A DNA stretch of 64,000 bases from Camelus ferus (GCF_009834535.1 NC_045696.1:70062001-70126000); one strand, 5' to 3'. Counted from the first letter of the stretch, positions 40,557 through 54,457 are shown. The notes: generated by a model not told the origin, from the sequence alone. Made by a program: numbers and translations.

Positions 40557-43547
40557 CAACTCTTGACAATACAGTGAATGAAGATTCCACACTAACACCC
40601 TAATATGCTCATGACAGTTAAGGCAGATAGGTAGATGGCATTATCATGACAGTCAAGATGGGAATTCAAAAAACTTAATCAAAATTATGAGGTCTTGGGG
40701 TGGGTTTGCCAGGAAGACCATCACTAAAAAGTGTAAGACATGTTGCCCTTCATGTTTCTCTTTGGCCACTACAGTGGGGCAAGACTGGGACAAGGTGAAG
40801 TGTCAGTGTTTTATGTTGGACAGAAGGAGGACACAGAGTAGTAGCTTCTCCGTTCCCAGAAGTAATGACCCAGAGAGATTCACAGTATGGTGTGGTCTGA
40901 AGTCAGAGGATGAAAGATATGGCCTTTTAAGGTACTTTGCCAACTCTGTGATTCTCTGAGAGACTAGGTCCCATTCTAGAATTCCTAGAGTCTTGCCGTG
41001 GGATGACATCACAGCTAGGCAATTTTAGACATTTTCATTTTTTCAGTCTCCCAACTAGGAGAAAAAAGGTTGGTTTTGTGGGATCTAGCATGAAGGAGAT
41101 TACAAACTATGCTGCAGTTCTTGAAAATATCTACCCCACGGGTCCCATGCAAAACCCTTCTAGGACTGTTCCTCTCAGGGCATTAAATAATTCTCTTGGG
41201 CTTCTAATATAGTCCCATGATTTTATTTCTTAAGAAACTTGAGAAAGTGTACAGCTTGTGAACTGTTTGTCCATCTACTCCGTCATCTGTTCACTCAGGA
41301 GCTTTTTTGATCACAAGGTGTCCACTGGGCTCCAGGGCAGAACCCGCATCCTCAGATGATTGTTGTCATACACAGAAAATGAGGGAAAACAGCTAAGACC
41401 AATACCAGGGAGCTCCCAAATGGCAGTTCCATTTTCATTCCTTCATAAAAATCATAAAAATCCATAATAATTCATGGTTAGCAATAAACACAATCATTGT
41501 GCTACACCGTAAACCACACCTTCTGATCGACAGAAAATGAGAATGATAATAATTATTATAAAATAAAATAACAATGATAATAATGCCATAGCTTAAGATC
41601 TTTCATGTAGTCCAGCTACAGAATTTATACAAAATGGAATAATTTAATGAAACAATACTGCTCTCTGTATAAGTTAAACATTTTCCTTTATCCTACTTAA
41701 GAGCTATAAATTACGGACACTAAATTTTAAATCAATGACTCAACGTAAAGTGTAAACAAATGGAGGGATCAAACAAGCAAAAGGAATTGCTCTAAATTCC
41801 CTCCTCCTTTTCCTTTTTGGCCGATGCAATCAGTGACACCCAGAGGAGGGCGATGTTTCCATCTGCATTGGAAATGGATTAATACCTGTGTGTGTAAGTC
41901 CTTCCTGATGTCCAATATGAAGCAGTGTCAAAGCATCTAGCCATCCTCTCCTGGTCTTGAGCCTAGAGAGGTTTTTTGGCAGTAACTGATCTTGGAGACA
42001 GAGAAGGAACTAGGCCAACATCTTTTTATATAAAATTCTAGATAAAAATTTCCTTAAAGCTGAGATACATGAAGTACCTTGGGATGCTTCTCAGAGCCCA
42101 TGACCCTGGAGACAGGAAGGACCTCATGCCTTGGACAATGTAAAACCTTTACAATCACTGCTCAGCATCAGTTGTTCTTTCTAGGAATTTCCAAATCCAA
42201 TTATTCAAAGCTGCATTGATCCAAATACATTTGACAAGTAGCACTGAACAAAAATGCTGTCATGGTGGAGGAGGGGTTGCCTTTTGTAAGTTACTTATTT
42301 TGCCTTTATTCTGATAGTGGTAGCCAGTCACTAAAGCTTCTGGGACAGAATGAATTAACAAATAAAAACATAGGGCTGGTTTGGGATTGGACATTGGGAC
42401 AGACTCACACCCATCCAAGCTGCCTTCGAAGACTGTTCCATCTAAATCATATAAAACTCTAGTAGACAAGTAACCTGGTTCCAGGGAGAGGTGACTCCAT
42501 CTTCTCCATGTAGATGAACTGAGACATTCTGAGAACGTCCTTTGACAGATTCCACATTTGCTTTTCTAACACTGTTGGACATTCTTTTTTTCTTTTCTTT
42601 CCTCCTCAGGCTCTCCCCCCTCCCCTTTTTTTCCCTAAAAGAAGTGGTCAACAGGTGGAAAGGAAATAGGCTATAAGAAAATGGCACTTGAAAAATCAAC
42701 ACATTGGCCAAGGTAATGCATTTGCTAAGGTAATGACTGACAGCATTAAAAAGGGAAATATTCATCAAGGACAAGGTTGGACGCTATTTGTAAGCCTCAC
42801 TACCAAATGCTGCTTAAAATTTTAAAAATGAGATCAGCTTCCACATATACAGTTTTCTGTTTCCTCCTAGAGGAAGCATATACCCTCAAAGACCCTTGGG
42901 TGCAAGTATCTGGACTCCAGACTTTTTTAGGTCATTTCCAACACCCATCTGGACAAGTTGGTTGAACGTGGTCTGTTCACAAGTTACCTGGAATTGCTTT
43001 TCTTTTGCTGTTCTTTGTTTTCTAAAATGCTCAGTATGTCTTGCTCTGTGTCTCTTCAGTTACTTATGGCGAAAAGAACTGGTCCCTGTTCAAGTAGCGA
43101 TAATACCTCCTGGCCCCACAAATCCCCAAGGATGTTGCTCCTAAATTCCACTTTTATTTCCTCCTTTCTCTCTCTCTCAGTCTCTCTCTTTTTTTGCAAG
43201 AAATTATTGTCTTTCTCTCTATCATATATAGTTCACTCTTTACAGTACAAAGTGTTAAAATGTCAAACAAAAATAAATATCAATGTTACAGTAGCTAGAA
43301 TATTCAATAAAGTAGATCCCTGCCATTCTTGATTGAAATGTTCAGTGAGACTTAACTTCATTTGGATATTTTTTTCCAGAGATTTGCGAAGTCTCATGTT
43401 CCTGTTATTGCAGCTTATTTCTAGGGGTAAGAAAGATGGGGCAGCTCTCCTCCCAGACAAAAAAGCAGGGAGTGGGCAGAGTCAGAGGGTGGGATGGATT
43501 TGAGATGCCAGTATAGTTATGAGATCTTCAGGATGGGTATCCTTTCA

Positions 43548-43649
43548 TTACCAGGTTGCAGAGCTGTAGTGTTTATTGGTCCTAACTGTGGCATCAGAAC
43601 ACTCCCCGTCTGAAGAGTCACAGTCCGATTCTTCAAATTGCATAGGATT
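43548..43649 (-). CDS. MAP3K13: MAP3K13 (LZK, leucine zipper-bearing kinase) last coding exon (14) with TAA stop
   Basis: ttgcag| acceptor on -; 102 nt; NPMQFEESDCDSSDGECSDATVRTNKHYSSATW*. Confidence 0.97.
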   Translation of the reverse strand, partial: NPMQFEESDCDSSDGECSDATVRTNKHYSSATW

Positions 43650-44475
43650 CTGCAAAGTCAAGACAACATAAAACCTTGATTCCTTTCTGCAATCACTCAG
43701 TAAACGTATATTGAAAACCTCCCATGTGACAGGCACTGTGCTGGGTTGCTGGCTAAGGGGGCTACAAAGATAAGTGAACCCAGGCCCTGTCCTTGTGAGC
43801 TTATGGAGAAAGAAGACATAGGAAGCTGATGATAATGACGCTGCTGATGACAATGATAACAGTGCCCCCACAGCCCCACTTAGATACTGTTTGCTACATT
43901 CCAGGCACTGCTGTAAGGGCTTCACGGCTATTAATCCACTGAATCCTCACAACAACCCTGTAAGACAGATGCGGTTATCATACCCATTTTACAGAGTGGG
44001 GAGCTGACCTACAGAGAGGTTAAGTGGCTTGCCCAATGGCACACAGTGAGTTAGTAGAAAGGCTGAGATTCGCACCAGGCAGTTGGGTTCTAGTGTACAC
44101 AGTTCCAGCCACCAAACTAGCCTGCCTCTCAGAAGGCAGTACCATATGTGAACTAAGTGTTCATAAAGAGCTATGATAGCATCGCCCAGGGGCTGGTGGG
44201 GACGTGGAGATGGGAGGCCCTTATCCTTCACCAGGTTGGGAGATGGGGTCAGGAGGAAGTGATGCTTGAGTTAGATCTTGGAATAAAGGGCAATTCCGTG
44301 TTTGTGCTTGTTTGCCCCCATTTCAGGGAGCTCTGTCATCTCCGAATTTCTACTTATTTCATGGGGGCAGTTGTTTTATGTTATACTAAATGATGACTGT
44401 AAAGGCCCTAGGGACCTGAACCCAAAGAGCAACGGGCAGGGAACAGTGATGAGGAGAAGGGAGGAGCAGCCCCAC

Positions 44476-44773
44476 CTCATAGCCACGATCCTCCACGCAC
44501 AGCTTGCCCAAAGACATCTGCGTCTTCACACGGCGCACCGCACACTCCTTGTCAGAGAGCCCGTCCGAATGCGAGGATATCTCAATGGGGATCTCTGGCG
44601 TCTGGGACAGGAGGTCATCTAGCTTCTCTGCCAGGCGGTCTTCAAGTTTATCTGCTAACTCATCAGGACTGTTTGAGTGGTCACTGGTATTTCCCTCCTC
44701 GCCGTCAGACACAGAGAAATTCTCAGAGCTAAAGGTTGAATATGACTGGCAGCTGCTGATGCAGCGATGGGGC
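44476..44773 (-). CDS. MAP3K13: MAP3K13 exon 13 (includes the SDGLSD hexapeptide)
   Basis: ttccag| ... |gtgggg, 298 nt; PHRCISSCQSYSTFSSENFSVSDGEEGNTSDHSNSPDELA...SHSDGLSDKECAVRRVKTQMSLGKLCVEDRGYE. Confidence 0.97.
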
Positions 44774-46500
44774 CTGGAATGACAAAGAACCAGAGGCACT
44801 TAGTCACCACCGGCTACTTTCCTTTCCTTGTCTGTCATTCACAGCCTCGGCGGGAGGGGATCTAGTTTTCTCTCTGCCCCTAGGGAGAATCAAATCCAGA
44901 AAGGTAGAAGCTATTTAACTAGAAAGCAACAGGGAGGGAAATCTGAACTTCCCTTTCATTTGGTTTATATGTTTACGTGGTTCCACTCTACACTCCAAAG
45001 CTGATGGCTACCGCTGGTCTTTGAGAAAATGGGCTGGTCTAACGAGGCTGTGCACACCTGTGTGTGCCATGGCAAGGTTCACATTGAAATTATCCTTCTT
45101 ATTCATAGAGAACCAACCACCTAGATTCTCAGAGGTGAAAGAGCCTTTGGAAATTCTCTGGTCTGACTCGTCTCCCAGAGCAGAAAACTGGAGGCAGAGA
45201 AGGGAAGTGACTTGTTCAAGACCACACTCTCAGACACTGCGGAGCTGCGGGTTGGGTCGGGTCTCCTCATGCTCCCTCAGTGTCATTCTCCGTCCTCCCC
45301 CCTCCCCCAACGGGGCATGGTGGCTGCATTTCCCCTGAGCACAGCAGCCCTGGAAGGCCAGTGCCTTCACCACCCCTATTGCCCGGCCCCAAGAGAAATG
45401 AGCTCGGAGGGAGCATTCACTCTGCAGCTGTGGGCCCTGCCCAGGGTGGCTCATTCTAGTTAACAACGGGGTTTAGCTCAGAAGAGGCACAGTGGGTCAG
45501 GAATGAGGGATTTGTGAAAGTTCTTCATTTCTTTCCCCTTGTTTACAAGTAGCCTAGTCAATAAGAATGCTGTTAGCTTACACTGGTTTAAAAAACAAAA
45601 TAAATGATAAAAAGGAAGATCGCCTTTCCCCTCTGTCATCATCGGGTCTTTCTATATTTCTTAGTACAAAACGATTTTGATGGCATATGACCTGCAGCTG
45701 GCTGAGGACCAGGCCAGGTAATGGCCTGTGGTTATGGGGGTCAAGAACACAAGAAAAGAGGCTGGATGGAGGAAGCCCACGTGGGAAAGGGAAGTTAACG
45801 TAGGACTCACACGACTTCTCAAGGCTGGTAATCCATCAGGGAGACAGGGAGAAAAATGTTATAATATAAAAAGCAAAACCATGAGGTAAAAACACAAAAT
45901 TTGCATCATAACAAGAAAGAAAGGCGGGAAGCCATTGGGTAGGCTGAGTTAATGGTGTGTCATAGGAACAAAAGCTGGCAGTAACGTGATTGCGATGCCT
46001 GTTGAATGAGTTCAGAGGATGAAAAGACATTTTATTCGTGTTCAATCGCATTGCATAGGAGAAAACACAGCGTCCAAGGAAACAAATCAGCAAAGGCAAT
46101 GTGGCAGCTATGGCTCAGGGGATGAGAGCAGATTTCAATTCTGTACACAGCATAGGGACTCAGAATGCAATTTACCAGAGTACTAGGAGTCCCTTGGTTT
46201 CAGGGAATTCCTGTTTCCGGGCGGGCTGCAAAGCTTCGTGGAGGATTCCTGGAGTCTTACTTTCCATGAAGGGAATGCCTTTTAGCAGAAAAGGCCTCCT
46301 GGGAGGAGAACTACCTTCTGTACTTCTACAGAAGGACAGCTCTTAGTTCTCCAAGTAGGGGAATGCAGTCCTTCTTTAGTCCTGCAAGCAAAATTATTAT
46401 TGCTGGCTATGCAGGAAGCTATTTTTAAGGCTGGGTTGAAGGAGGATTCAACTCATCTAATTATATTTAACTGGAGGCATAAAACCCAAGGCATACAGAG

Positions 46501-46847
46501 TGCTATGAACTGAATTATGTCCTCCTCAAATTCATATGTTGAAGCCCTACCCACAATGCGCCTGAATCTGGAGACAGAGTCTGTAGGAAGTAATAAAGAT
46601 TAAATGAGGTCATAAGGGTGGGGCCTAATCCATAAGACCCTGGCCTTATAAGAAGAGGAAGATCTCTCTTTCTCCCTCACTGTGTGAGGACACAGCAAGA
46701 AGGCTGCTATTTGCTAGCCAGGAAGAGAATTCTCACCAGGAACCTTGGACTTTGACTTCCCAGCCTCCAGAACTGGGAGAAATAAATTTCCATTGTTTAA
46801 GCCACCCTGTCTGTGTTTTGTTACGGCAACCTGAGCAGACTAATACA
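46501..46847 (+). mobile_element. MLT1 (ERVL-MaLR) solo LTR, MLT1A/B-like
   Basis: Starts tgctatgaactgaat, contains aaattcatatgttgaagcc and gacttcccagcctccagaact...aataaatt, ends gactaataca. Confidence 0.85.
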
Positions 46848-47171
46848 GGGAGGTATGCTAGAAACCAGTAAAATTACTCATAAAACAGCGTGGCCATCTC
46901 ATAAACTGCCCACTAAATTCTCAATTATAACTTTGAGTCCATATTTATTTTCCTCACCTTGAAGTTCCTATCTAGTGAATTCAGATAAATCAGGATCTGC
47001 TGTGCATAGCCAGCTGCCAAAATGGGCAGTGGGAAACCATGAACACAGTAGGTTCAAATTTCCCTATAGGACGGTTGTTAGAAAGTGGCCTGTGTCAGGA
47101 CCGGAGGTGTGGCAAACTCAGGATTTTCCCTGATCACACTGAAAGCAATCATATGTGTTCATTGGTTTTAC

Positions 47172-47242
47172 CTCTGTCTTCGTGGAAATTCAACTTCACT
47201 ATCTACTTCCCCTTCTTCCTCTTCAGAGGAGTCATCTCCACT
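47172..47242 (-). CDS. MAP3K13: MAP3K13 exon 12
   Basis: ttctcag| ... |gtaaaa, 71 nt; SGDDSSEEEEGEVDSEVEFPRRQ(R); phases fit exons 11 and 13. Confidence 0.95.
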
Positions 47243-47265
47243 CTGAGAACAAGGAGAAAGAGTCT

Positions 47266-47270
<5 letters not shown>

Positions 47271-47330
<60 letters not shown>
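47271..47330. repeat. Compound microsatellite (CT)15(CA)15
   Basis: Read directly. Confidence 0.97.
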
Positions 47331-47332
<2 letters not shown>

Positions 47333-49797
47333 CCCTGTAAAAGACTTAATTATCATCAGAGGCACTGAGTGTCATCTTTAAACATATATGTCTTCATTCA
47401 TTGATTTAGTAACTTTTCCTGGGCGTCTATGATGAGAGGCGTATACTAGATGCTGCAGAAAATACAGAACTGGGCAAGATGTTACCTTTGCCCTCAGAGA
47501 GGTAAATGTGAGTGTCCAAGGTGAGTGATGAAGAAGGGAAATTGGAGAGGAGGTCTTGGATTTTGGGGTGGCCTCTTGTAATTATGGTCACTGGTGGTTT
47601 GAGGCTCTGACTTAGAGACTTCAACAAGAAATGATCTTTCAGTTCTTCAAAGTCCAACAACTTTCTTTTCCCCTTTTATGTACCAATCACCTTTTCACTA
47701 ATATTGCAGATATTATGTTTATATCATCTGTACTACTAAGACCTACATTATTTGGGGTCGGACCACGTCTTGTCATATTGTATTCCTCCTCCACCACTAA
47801 CACAACACGGCAAACAAAATAGATGCTCAGCACATAACTGAGTCAGCACGTGGGCACGGATAAGAGAGCTCTGGTTGGGACATCTGAGGCCTGTGATTGC
47901 TGGGGCTCTGTGGCTGATCTGGAAGGGTGGGTACGTCCTGTCTAAGAACAAGATCTTCCCTGTGAGGGAAGATTCCATCTCCCTTCAAGGGCATAGGAAC
48001 AGCCACACTTAAGATCAACTGTCCTTAATCACAGTGTCACGATGTGCTGGATTACTACAATCCCTTGTGAGGTGGGTAAATGGGTCCAAAGAATTATACC
48101 AAAAATTGAGGATAAGTTACTTTTAAAGTCAGTTCTAATAATCCATCACCCTTACCCATTTGTATTCTGATATGCTTTTTTGAGTAGGAAAGCCCAGGAT
48201 GGAGTTCTGACTGTGGAGATAGACGTCCCTCTAGAGTCCCCGTGGGAGTTTATCTGGGTAGAGAGAAGTTGAGCTGCTCTATGGGAATGTGGTTCTAGTG
48301 AGGCCAGATGGAGAAGGGGTGTGTTCCCGGGCCTGCAGACCCGCAGAGGCATCAAAATGGCATCTGGATGGTTCAAGGACACATGCTACTTGGGAAGGGG
48401 CCGTGAAGTGGGTGAGCACTAAAGAGTGCAGGGTTTCTTCCTAGCGTGATTAAAATATTCTCAAATTAGTTGTGGTGATGGTTGCAGAACTCTGAGTAAA
48501 AAGAACTGAGCCATACAGTTTAAGCACTGTATAGTATGTGAATTATATCTCAATAAAGTTGTCCCCTCACCCCAAAAAAACATGTTACAGGTTCTAGGGG
48601 CAGAGGAGCAGAAAACGGATTAGCCCAAATCCACTGCACTATCTGAAACACGATTTATCTCTGGGAATGCACAGTCAGGAGCACACTATATGTGGAGGAA
48701 GAAATACAGTTCTGAGACAGTGGCCCTTAGCTTCAACTTCTTTTCTAGTAATTGTCTAGCTGACCAAAACATACTCATTTACATTTTAGACACTTTCATT
48801 CCTTCAGCTGAATTCCTGATGGATGATGATGATGATGTGAAACAATAGTTAGAATTGAGTGGGTGTTTTCTGTGCTAAATACCTTTCATCCATACTGTTA
48901 CTTTTAACACATTAGCAAGATGAGCTCACATTTTTGGAAGGTTGCTATGTGCCAGGCCCTCTTCTAAATGCTTGATATGTACTAACTCATTTAATCTTCA
49001 TATTCATCAATGAGGCAGGGTCCACTATTGTTTCCATTTTATAGATAAGGAACAGGTGTTCAAAAAGGTACTAAGTGGAAGAGCCTGGCTTTGACCTGAC
49101 TCCCAAGCTTGTGCTCTTAACCGCACAAGGTAGGAGAGGTGGAGAGCCAGCCAGCTAATAAACCACAGGCAGCCAGTGGGCGAGGAGGAGAGGATCAGGT
49201 TTCAGTGACTGAGAACTGGCGGGGCCATGATGGTTATTAATTAAGGCGATGTTTTCCCAAAATACATTGTGAAGAAAGCTAGTTCCATGGGGGATTAATA
49301 GATGCTACTTTTAAAAGGCAGTAAAGGTCAAATAGGTGGAAGAAATGCTGGATTAAACAAAGCTACTGCATGATTTCTCAAAGCCTAGGGTTTATTAATG
49401 TGTGTTTAGGAGCCTCGAAGTGGGGACAGAGAATACTGTTTCCCAAACTCGTTTCATAATGGGACCCTTCCCTCTTGCATCCCTTAGGACTAGGCGAGGT
49501 AGTGGTTTCCAAACTATTTTGATTACATCTCCCTAAGATCTGGGTATTTTTCTATTTATAAATTATGTTCATTTGCAGCAGCCCCGAGTCAGTAGTTCCC
49601 AAAGTATATTCCTTAGTCCATCACTTAAGCAGTGTGGAAAGTATTAAAAGTAAAAGAAACCGCTACTTGTGCTTTTGGTATCTCATCCTTTTACAGAATG
49701 TATACTTTCTATGTACATTTTACAATGCACATGACATGACAGGCTCTGACATCCCTGGAAGGCAGTGAGCCACACTGCCGTTGTCACTACGCCTTAC

Positions 49798-50584
49798 CTT
49801 CTGAAGGGGCCTTGTTTTTCGAGGTAGCACTGCGGAGGCGATGTGATGAGGGGTGCCAAGGGATGACGCAGACCTACAGCCGCTGAACCCGTTTTCTTCC
49901 GTTTTCTCAGAACCTTGGGCATTTTCCGAGAGGGGATTGTGTGCTGGTGACTTGAAGAGGTCGGGGCTCCTCCCCACCGGCTCAGCCGAGGGGAAGTCTA
50001 GGGACCCGCGCTGTGCTGGCCTGCACTGGAGGCAGGGGTCATAAGGGTCAGCCTGATAGCAGTCCCGGTGGCCAGCCTGGCCCCTGTCAGGCTCAGAACT
50101 CCTCCAGCAATCTGCTGCCATGGCTGTGGAGATGAGGTCAGGGCTAGAGCCAGGCATCTGTCTTTGAGCATGGTTGCTGAGTGGGCTCCTCAGGGCCGCC
50201 GCCGGGCCAAAATACCTCAGGTTGTTGGCGCAGGTTGCAATGTCCTGGCCGTGCATACTGAGTCTCGGGTGGTGAGTCTGGGACGCGGCAGGAGGGGGTT
50301 GCTGGTATTGCTGCGGCAGAGGATCATGGTGATGGGGAGAGGGGTACTGGGGCTGAGCCTGGTGTAGGTAAGTGGGGTGGGGTGAATTTTCCTGGGCTGG
50401 CTGGTTTTTCAAGATTGCCGCAAAGTCACTATGGCTGCCTCGGCTATTCCCTCGGCGGTGGCGGGGTTTGCTCCGATACCGGCTCTTGCTGCTGGAAGTG
50501 GACATTTTGGGACTTCCAGACAAAGGGGATGCGGTGGGAGCCACTTCTGTACTGGGGATACCTTCCGATCTCAACAGATCTGGC
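49798..50584 (-). CDS. MAP3K13: MAP3K13 exon 11 (large low-complexity exon)
   Basis: ttccag| ... |gtaagg, 787 nt; PDLLRSEGIPSTEVAPTASPLSGSPKMSTSSSKSRYRSKPRHRRGNSRGSHSDFAAILKNQ...LPRKTRPLQK. Confidence 0.97.
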
Positions 50585-51639
50585 CTGGAAGAAAAGAACA
50601 AGGTTGGTTTTAAACATGTGAGAACACATTCAAGTTTGGGGAAATAAGTCCCAGGCCTTAAAATACACATACTCTTTGAGTCAGTAGTTACAGACACAGG
50701 GATTTATCCAACGGAACTAATGGATGTGCACAAAGACGTATGTTGGAAGACGTTATGTTACAGCATTGTTTAAAATAGCACAAAGTTAGAAACAACCTAA
50801 ATGTCCACTTACAGAGGATTCCCTTTACTCCTTCTCAATTTTCCTCTGTGCCTCACTAGCTGAGGTACTCAATCCCCTTTAAATTCTAACTCTACCCCAC
50901 AGGCTTCTTGACTTCTTCCTCCTAGTGTCAGCTCTCAGCTTGGTGCCAGTTTGCCAAGGCATAGGCATGGGTGTTTGCCCACAATCAGAATCTGTCTGAT
51001 GATGGATCTAGAGAGATCCTACAAGGGATCACAAAGGACAGAGATCTGGGACCAGAGAAGGAAATCTCAATTAATTAGGCAAGAGGCTAAGTTCAGGGAG
51101 TTTGGTCTAGACGTGGACTCCTTAAGGGCTGGGACTAAGTCATACCCACCTCTGCATGTGGAGGACACTAGCAAGGCCCCTTGCTCATCAGGTACTCAAT
51201 AAACGTTTAAGGAAAGGGCAGAAGTGGGTGGGGACAGAGGAGGGAGAAATAGAGAGTCCAGGAGGCTTTGCAGAGCCAGCAAGAGAAGGGCTCGTGAGCA
51301 GTGACCTTGGCATTCTACTGTCTTCCTAAAGGGAGGAGGGCCTCTCCCAGCCCGCTGGGCTACTCATGTGGATCACGTGGATCAAGAGGAAACCAGAGCC
51401 TGCAGGCAAACCTCACACATACCGACTCCAAGGCATACAGGCAACCAATAAATGGTTTCTGAACTGATGAACCGATTCAGGGGGAGGTGCTCAGATACCA
51501 GGTTGTATCACTACCTCCTTCCCACCAGAGAGCAGCCCCACCTTCTTTGGGACCAATCACACACAAATCAGTTGGAGATTTCAGAGCTAGAGGGCCTAAA
51601 CTCTTTTTTTTAATTATTAAACAACAGAATCCTTTACTC

Positions 51640-51960
51640 AAGTGAAATATCATGAGAAACCCAGTATATAAAACAGATATAGTAAGAAAACAGGTTGGTG
51701 GCTGCCAGTGGTGAGGGGTGGGAGTAGGAGGTTGGCGAAATGGATGAAGAGGGTCAAAAGGTACAAACTTCCAGCTATGAATATAATGTACAGTCTGGTA
51801 AGTATAGTTACTAACACTGTATTGTATATTTGAAAGTTGCTAAGAGAGTAAATCTTAAAATTTCTCATCACAAGAAAAAAATGTGTAACTATGTGTGGTG
51901 ACAGATGTTAATCAGACTTACTGTGGTGATCATTTTGTAATATATACATGTGTTGAAACA
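51640..51960 (+). mobile_element. L1 3' end fragment (antisense to MAP3K13)
   Basis: gggtcaaaaggtacaaacttccag...tgaaagttgctaagagagtaaatcttaaa...gtggtgatcatttt motifs. Confidence 0.8.
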
Positions 51961-53656
51961 TTACATTGAGGTTAGTTGGCTTACATCCATCACAAAGCTA
52001 GTTAATGGCAGAACTCACAACTTGAACCCAAGTCTTTGGACACCAAGGGTTAGTTCTCTCATTCCAAGCTTCCTCATGTTATGAGGTACTCAGGCTGTCT
52101 TACTGGACTATACTCACTGTGATGGGCTTAGTGGATCCATAATTGAATCCGGCTCTCTTCTTTTCAGTCCCTGACTAAACGCACACTGAAACCCAGGCTA
52201 AAGGACAGTGGATGGTTTCTCCTCCCTGATCGCCTCGGAGGTCACTGGCCTTCTGACTTGACAGTCACTGGACTGTCCAAATAATCTGAAACATAAATCC
52301 TCCCAGGGGCAATCAACTGAAAGCACAGCTCTTGGCAGCTCTAGTACCCACTCCAGGTCACCTTCCTGGACACGTCGAGCTTGTCGGCTAAGCATCCACT
52401 GCTGCTGTCAAACTCTTTCAAACACATTTCTCACAAAGGAAAAGTGAACACAAGCTCATATGTTGAAAAATTAAACAGTACTATTCTCTCTCCCAGTGCT
52501 CCTAGTTTTAACTGCTGGCAGAAAGCAGGGAGGAGCCAGCAGATGAAACCTGTGCCTAATTAGTCCACCAAAAGAAGAGAGGTGCTGGGATTCTTGGGGT
52601 TTTGTCAGGTGCCATCTGAAAACAATTTCTCAGAGCTTGGCAAGAGGATGGTCGGGCACGGCAAGTAAAGGCAACACTGGAATTAATCCATGTAGTTACT
52701 CCTCTGTGGTTGAGGTTTATATTAGTCCTGCACTGGGGGAACAGTCACCGTTCTGAAAGCTTTAAAACACATTTCTCATTACCTTTATTCTTACAGCATT
52801 TAGCTCAAGTCTCACTGACAGGTCTACACCTCAGGTTAAGGAACATTTCTTTCTTTTACATTAATTTAGGATAGAGTCAACTCTTCATTATTTGGGAGGA
52901 ATGAGGCTCTAGCAGATCTTGGTAATAAAAACTGGCTGGAACAGCATTTTAAAATTAAACTAATGTAAGGAAAAATGTGCTATAATTAGGGGAAAGGGAA
53001 TCTTTAAAATAAATTTAAAAACATTTTTTGAGCAACTGTGATTTACTAGGTGATTTCACATGTTGTCTTATTTAAACTTCACAGAAGTCCCACATGGGAG
53101 TGGGATGAGGGAACTATATCATTAAATATCAGTGATTATCAAAGTGTCTGCTTTCGTTTTTGGTGGTGAATTTACAGGCACTTGTTACATTATTAAAAAG
53201 AACCAACTAACCGAATAAATGAAAGTGGGCCATGCATGGACCAGTGTTGCACAAATCAAGAATTATGGTGTACTCAGTTCTGTGCGTGAGGGGTCAGAAA
53301 ACGAAAAAGAAATGTCAGGTGCTGTATACCATTTTACCCATTGGGTTGAAAGAGGTCAAGTGACATGGCCCAAATCACAGCTTCTAACAGACAGAGTCAG
53401 GATTTGAATCCAGGTCTGTCTGGCCCCTAGTTTATTTCTCTTTTCACTATTCCATGCTAAGAGAATAAATATCAATGCCTCAGAGAGTAAAAACTAGATT
53501 CTGGAGTCCATGACACACTCTTTCCCATCTTTCTACTCTACATCTAGAGGCAAGTGTGCTGACTGATGCGGTACAGCATGGCCACATTCATCACCTGATA
53601 ATGTATTTTAGGGGCTATTTTCCCACTTGTCCGATCAGGTCAGTACAGGTGCTCAC

Positions 53657-53794
53657 CGTTTGGCCTGCATCCCAGGTCTGTGAGGCACGCCTTTCCTCTT
53701 CATGAGCTTCTCCATGGTGTTGGGGTGGATTATTGGACGGACGGGATGTCGTTTGTAGGTCCCAGGATACTTCTTCTCCACTGCTTGTTCACGC
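53657..53794 (-). CDS. MAP3K13: MAP3K13 exon 10
   Basis: ttcag| ... |gtgagc, 138 nt; REQAVEKKYPGTYKRHPVRPIIHPNTMEKLMKRKGVPHRPGMQAK(R). Confidence 0.97.
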
Positions 53795-54457
53795 CTGAAG
53801 AATGAAAGAAAAAGCCAGGTCTCCGTCAAGGCAAACAGAAAAGATGGGCATGATGTTTTCACAGGCTAACTCCACCCACAGATTCCGGCCACACTTAATA
53901 GATACAGGCTATCTGAATAACAAGGCTGCTATTCAGGTTAAAAAGGGGAAAAAAATTACTAAATCCAAACTAACCTGACTTCATTGTTTTCTTCAGCTGG
54001 CAGATGGACTTGGAGGCCAACCGTCCCTTCCCCAACGTGCCTCATGAGAGACACAAAGCACTGAAGTCCTACTTATTTTCAGTTGCTGCTGTTTTGGTCA
54101 GGGCCCCTGGGTTTCTTGCCTGGAATACCTTGAACCACTGGCAGGAGCCGCCTTGCTTCCCCAGGGGGCAGTGGGTCCCACTCATCCACATCAAGCTCTT
54201 CTTGAAACGAGGACCACCCTCCCTGAGCCATTCAGCAGGTTGAAGTTGCAAATGCCTGTCAAGCGCACGGTCCCCTAGAACTAGCTTTGTGGCAACTGCA
54301 CTCGGCTGTAAGCCTCACTGGGGCAGCGGGCTGTGCACAGCACATCCTCTAAGGCGCACTGGGTGAGTGAATAAGTTTCCAGCTCTGAGTAGCAGTGACC
54401 TGGAGGAGTAGTACACCTCTGCTGACTGACAGGACAGATAGTGGGCTGGGTACGTAC

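Noticed and set aside
49720..50697. 325-aa ORF as a stand-alone gene
   Set aside because: It is MAP3K13 exon 11 (49798-50584) plus chance open flanking intron.
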